58,927 nt of DNA from Deltaproteobacteria bacterium. Lineage in GTDB: Bacteria > Desulfobacterota > GWC2-55-46. This document shows, piece after piece, positions 55,372-58,927 of the stretch. The translations under genes and the position numbers were made by a program. The DNA lies in NCBI GenBank assembly GCA_016213015.1, contig JACRCE010000057.1, positions 1 to 58,927 of the forward strand, read 5' to 3'. The notes beneath the pieces were generated by a model. It saw only the letters and a program-made list of their open reading frames with translations, ran no database searches and was not told the DNA's origin. The first letter of the stretch is position 1; each line of letters starts with the position of its first letter.

Positions 55372-55695
55372 ATGTCAGATGGCTACATAATGGTGCTCAT
55401 CACAGTATCAAAGCCTGAGGAAGGCGAGGCAATAGCCAAAAAAGTGGTTGAGGAAGGGCTTGCGGCATGTTGCAATATAGTCTCAGGGCTTCGTTCGATA
55501 TACAGTTGGGAAGGCAAGTTGTGCAACGAGCCTGAGGCGTTGTGTATCTTCAAGACCCGCGCATCCATGTTCGACAGGCTCAAGGACAGGATAAAGGAGT
55601 TGCACAGCTACAAGGTTCCCGAGATAATCTCAATCGACATAAAGAACGGTCTTGCCGAGTACCTTGGCTGGATTGACGAGAGCACCAACGGTTAA
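55372..55695 (+). CDS. cutA: Divalent-cation tolerance protein CutA
   Basis: 'EEGLAACCNI......SIYSWEGK......E..L..KT', 'YKVPEIISI'. Confidence 0.8.
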   Translation: MSDGYIMVLITVSKPEEGEAIAKKVVEEGLAACCNIVSGLRSIYSWEGKLCNEPEALCIFKTRASMFDRLKDRIKELHSYKVPEIISIDIKNGLAEYLGWIDESTNG

Positions 55696-56171
55696 AGCGT
55701 CTGACTCCCTGGGCCTGCCGCTCCTCCGATCGCATATCTTATAATCCCTGTTTCATTTATAAAGAACCACTTCATCGAGGCGTTGTTGTTCGTGGGGTTG
55801 GCATTCACTGTGAAGGCAGGGGTTCCGTCGCCATTCGTTCCGGCGGTCAGCGTGAAGGTATAGTCCTTTTCAATGCGCACCGGCCCGCCTGGGCCGTTTG
55901 TCAGTACGCCGGTTGTTTCAAGTACGTCAAAGTCCGCGGTGTATCCCCCTCCCGCGTCCTGTTTGTATAATTCCTCGGATTTATTGATTGACGTAAGATA
56001 TGATATTGCCGCGGTCTCTCTCGCTTTATTCAGAACGTTGCCGTAGAGCGTTACGGATATGGCGGCAAGGATGGCGATTATGCTTACAACCGCAAGGAGT
56101 TCAAGCAGGGTAAAGCCGTTATCTGCCACGGCTTCCCATCTTGCCGAGTGCCATTTGGTCGAACTTTTCAC
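55692..56171 (-). CDS. Type IV pilin / T2SS pseudopilin-like protein with a prepilin N-terminus
   Basis: 'ADNG|FTLLELLAVVSIIAILAAI': Gly-Phe cleavage site and Glu at +5. Confidence 0.8.
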   Translation of the reverse strand: MKSSTKWHSARWEAVADNGFTLLELLAVVSIIAILAAISVTLYGNVLNKARETAAISYLTSINKSEELYKQDAGGGYTADFDVLETTGVLTNGPGGPVRIEKDYTFTLTAGTNGDGTPAFTVNANPTNNNASMKWFFINETGIIRYAIGGAAGPGSQTL

Positions 56172-56172
56172 G

Positions 56173-56763
56173 TTATTTCCTGTTTATACCGCCTGAGAAG
56201 GCGTCGGGAGAGGCGCTCAACCTGCTCATAAGGGTCTTTATCGCCTCCAGAGCCTCATCCTTTTTCCCTTCTTCGATCAAGCGTCTTATTTGTTCAAGGG
56301 TTGCGTTAAGAGAGGCGTGAAGCGCGTTGTCGCCTGAGCGCGCTTCATGCAGAAAGTCCGAGAGCCTGTTGAATATGCCTTCTATCTCAACGAGGTTGTC
56401 GCGTCTTCTCAGGCGTATGTGTTGGCCGAACCTGCCGGCCATGAACTCTTCCGCCGTTTTTTCAAACCTATAGATAGGCCCGGCTATACGGTGGGTTACG
56501 AATATCATGTATACCGCGGTCAGGATGGCGACTATGATTATGCTTATCCATATCCTCGAGTGCAGGTACAGCACTGTATGCGCCGCAATGGCCTGCTCCT
56601 GCAGCCCGGTTGAATAGTACAGGTCTCGGTAAAGAGGGTAAAAGATGATTGCGCCAAGCGCTATCGAATATAAGATGACGAAGCCGAACGCCTTCACGGC
56701 CGCTTCCATCTGGTAGCTCGGCTTGATTAGAAAGCGTCTCCTTCTGTGCTGTTCCATGTTCAT
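56173..56763 (-). CDS. 2-TM membrane protein with a HAMP-like linker
   Basis: Two hydrophobic segments, then 'HRIAGPIYRFEKTAEEFMAGRFG..I.LRRRDNLVEIEGIFNRL'. Confidence 0.5.
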   Translation of the reverse strand: MNMEQHRRRRFLIKPSYQMEAAVKAFGFVILYSIALGAIIFYPLYRDLYYSTGLQEQAIAAHTVLYLHSRIWISIIIVAILTAVYMIFVTHRIAGPIYRFEKTAEEFMAGRFGQHIRLRRRDNLVEIEGIFNRLSDFLHEARSGDNALHASLNATLEQIRRLIEEGKKDEALEAIKTLMSRLSASPDAFSGGINRK

Positions 56764-56814
56764 GGCAACGCCCCGTTGACTTATAATTCAATGTAAAGAT
56801 GAGTTATTGACGTG

Positions 56815-56842
56815 ATTATACCATGTTTTGATTGGATTTCAA
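56815..56842 (-). promoter_or_regulatory. Candidate extended -10 sigma-70 promoter for the HAMP-protein/pilin genes
   Basis: Minus strand TTGAAA-N16-(TGG)TATAAT. Confidence 0.5.
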
Positions 56843-56916
56843 CCCCACTCTTACCTCTCCTTGAAAAAAGGGGAGGAGTTGGTTGCAGGGCGGGCAATGC
56901 CTGTCCTACAACCCGG

Positions 56917-58927
56917 TCAATACCCCACATTCGGCAGGTTGGTGTCTGTCGTGTCCTTGTAAACTATACGGTGGTAGTTTCCAGAGTAGTTGCCGGTTGT
57001 CTCGAACCATGTGTAGTACATCCTGTATTTGCCGTCCGGCAACAGGATTATCTCCGGATCCATGGCGCTGTCTGTGCTGGAGCCGCCTGTATTCAGGGTT
57101 TTCATCAAAGAAAGGTTTGTCGGCCCGGGCAGGTTAGCGTCCGTCGTATCCTTGTACAGTATCCTCCAGCACGCGCAATTCGGCACATTGTCGCCATAGC
57201 CGTAATAGAGCCTGTAGCCGGTTGCGGTCTGCAAAACCTTGGGCCATGACGCCCTGTCGTATTGCGTCCCTCCCATGCCGAGGTCTATTGCCGAACCGAG
57301 GTTGGTATTGTCAGGCGGGTTGCCGTTGGTCGTGTCCCTGTAGGAAAGTTTTTCGTTGCTACTTACAAGGTTGGCGTAATACACGCGGTAGCCCCCGCCT
57401 GGACGCGCCACCACGTTCGGGTGCATCGTGCTGGTTCCGATAAGCTGAGTTGCCGCGCCGAGGTTTCCCGCGTTCGGCGGGTTTGTGTCCGTGGTGTCCC
57501 TGTACACGATGGTGTTGTTGCCGCCTGAAGCGCGGTTGTAGTATAGCCTGTAGCGTCCGTCGCCAAGTTGCACTATCTCCGGGCCGTATGCTTGATCACC
57601 CGATACGCCTATGCCGAGCAGTTGAAGCGGACTTGACGCGATGTTGGTGTCGTTCGGCGGGTTGGTGTCGCTGGTGTCTTTGTACCCGATATCCCAGAAA
57701 TTGGCTGATGTGTCCGATTTATAGGCGTAATACATCCTGTAACGGCCGTCGGATAGTTGCATAACCTCAGGGTTGGTGGCCCTGTCGTCCTTGGAAGTGC
57801 CTACTATGCCAGGATTCGTAGCAGGCACTTTCGGACCAAGGTTTATTTTTGATATCAGCGCGTATAGCACGATGGTGTCGCCGAGGTTGTTGTTGTCTAT
57901 CCTGTGAAGCGACTGTTTGAGGTGGCAACTGCTCGTGCCGCACCCTTTAAGGCTTCCGCCGCAACTGCTTTCATTGGTCATAAGGCCGCCATAATAGTAA
58001 TGGCATGCGTTGCATATATAGTTGTGGCTCGCGGACGTAATATCATTCCCGTTTACGCGCTTTCTAAAAAGGCTGGACAAGGGGGAGCCGTGAGGTTCAT
58101 GGCAGTTTACGCAGGCAAGCACGAAGTTTATCCCGGCTATCCTGTCGGCCATCTCATACGGGGCTTTTGTATATACCGCAAAGCCCCTGCCTATAGGCTC
58201 GTTGTAAAACGGACTTGCCGCGTCGGTATCGGGCGTGTTGCAGTTGTTGACATAAGGACTCCCGGGGGCGCAGCATCCGAAGGGCGAGACGTTTGCCGCG
58301 TCAAGGCCGTGCGGCTCCCAGCCTGAGGCCGTAACGCAGTCGCCGTCCGGCTGGCTTCCGCTTGCACAGTAGTTCTTATTAACGCCGGGCGGGAAGGCGT
58401 TGCCGGCCGAGTCCTTGCCCCAATATATCGGCAGGTGGGTGCCGACCTGATGTTGGTGGCAGTCAAGGCAGAAGGTTACGTAGTCCGGGAGCGCGTTGCC
58501 GTCAGGCTCGTACCCGCCCGTTGTGCCGCCGTAAGGCGGCCTGTATATTGCATATTGATCAAAGGGCATGTTGGTTGCTCCTAACCCATACCCTCTGTCC
58601 TTGTTGAACTGCCAGCCGCCAGTGCCTATGTTGGGGAAGTGTTGCAAAAGGCCGTTCATCTTCTCTTCCGGGTCGTCTCCCCATAGGTCTCCGGGCTGAT
58701 AGGACATTCCCCATGAGGAAGGCGGCCATTGGTAGGGATAGGTTGCGGGGTTCGAGAGGTAGAGCGACTGGGTTACGCCCGGTAATACAATCGGCGTTGG
58801 CGAGCCAGTGCCGCTCGTGGCGTCGTCCCACCTGCCAGAGGCGAGGTGCGGGTTATGACAGGTGGTGCACTCGACGGCGTAATGAACGTTTATAGGCGTA
58901 GCCGCGTCTGCATGGTAGTATGATGTC
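56917..58927 (-). CDS. Large secreted-type multi-CXXCH (c-type-heme-motif) protein with five C-terminal tandem repeats of about 55 aa. The N-terminus lies beyond the window
   Basis: My translation shows the frame stays open from 58707 to 58927 ('...VECTTCHNPH...'). CXXCH x4 plus one CX4CH. Repeats of type 'PE.VQL.DGRYR.YY...I.Y.DT.DTNPPN'. Confidence 0.75.
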   Translation of the reverse strand, partial: TSYYHADAATPINVHYAVECTTCHNPHLASGRWDDATSGTGSPTPIVLPGVTQSLYLSNPATYPYQWPPSSWGMSYQPGDLWGDDPEEKMNGLLQHFPNIGTGGWQFNKDRGYGLGATNMPFDQYAIYRPPYGGTTGGYEPDGNALPDYVTFCLDCHQHQVGTHLPIYWGKDSAGNAFPPGVNKNYCASGSQPDGDCVTASGWEPHGLDAANVSPFGCCAPGSPYVNNCNTPDTDAASPFYNEPIGRGFAVYTKAPYEMADRIAGINFVLACVNCHEPHGSPLSSLFRKRVNGNDITSASHNYICNACHYYYGGLMTNESSCGGSLKGCGTSSCHLKQSLHRIDNNNLGDTIVLYALISKINLGPKVPATNPGIVGTSKDDRATNPEVMQLSDGRYRMYYAYKSDTSANFWDIGYKDTSDTNPPNDTNIASSPLQLLGIGVSGDQAYGPEIVQLGDGRYRLYYNRASGGNNTIVYRDTTDTNPPNAGNLGAATQLIGTSTMHPNVVARPGGGYRVYYANLVSSNEKLSYRDTTNGNPPDNTNLGSAIDLGMGGTQYDRASWPKVLQTATGYRLYYGYGDNVPNCACWRILYKDTTDANLPGPTNLSLMKTLNTGGSSTDSAMDPEIILLPDGKYRMYYTWFETTGNYSGNYHRIVYKDTTDTNLPNVGY

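Noticed and set aside
1-58927. Search for tRNA, rRNA, tmRNA, riboswitches, integrases, transposases, reverse transcriptases and cas genes.
   Set aside because: I recognised none by eye in the intergenic regions or the ORF translations. This cannot be excluded without tRNAscan, Rfam or HMM runs, especially for small RNAs in the 25845-26237 and 28152-28525 spacers.

Overview
About 59 kb of densely coding bacterial chromosome, apparently from an uncultivated Gram-negative-type organism (TolQ/TolR, type IV prepilin, sigma-54/sigma-28 flagellar regulation). By eye the GC content is moderately high; I did not compute it.

Main content:
(1) nt 1-13321: an alternative chemosensory operon, preceded by a degenerate GGDEF gene. 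Gene order is cheY-mcp-cheY-[mntA-hepT]-STAS-cheA-mcp-cheW-cheR-[His-less kinase]-cheD-cheB-methyltransferase.
(2) nt 13373-28151: mixed signalling and housekeeping genes. These are hxlR/flavin-barrel, a HEAT + HD-GYP operon, radA, a PgaB-C-like lipoprotein, crp/fnr, a sensor kinase, pfk, an M29 aminopeptidase, an NtrC-type sigma-54 activator and a hemerythrin-like gene.
(3) nt 28459-42731: a flagellar-type block. Gene order is flhG-fliA, HEAT-cheR-cheY-like-cheY-cheZ-cheA-cheB-cheW-mcp, a FlgM-like gene and an RR-GAF-HD-GYP gene. Consensus sigma-54 and sigma-28 promoters are readable in the DNA.
(4) nt 42853-55695: housekeeping genes (tilS, gamma-CA-like, tolQ/tolR, ppx, guaB, guaA, LOG, cutA), interrupted by two small accessory insertions. 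One is AlbA_2/HATPase_c_4 + ParA-like. The other is NTase-HEPN + RHH + HPr-kinase-like.
(5) nt 55692-58927, minus strand: a prepilin, a 2TM-HAMP protein and a 5'-truncated multi-CXXCH protein that ends in five tandem propeller-like repeats.

Almost every intergenic gap of 40 nt or more holds one of several interwoven palindromic or MITE-like repeat families.

I recognised no rRNA, tRNA, CRISPR array, transposase or integrase. All calls rest on motif reading of the supplied translations and DNA; no searches were run.
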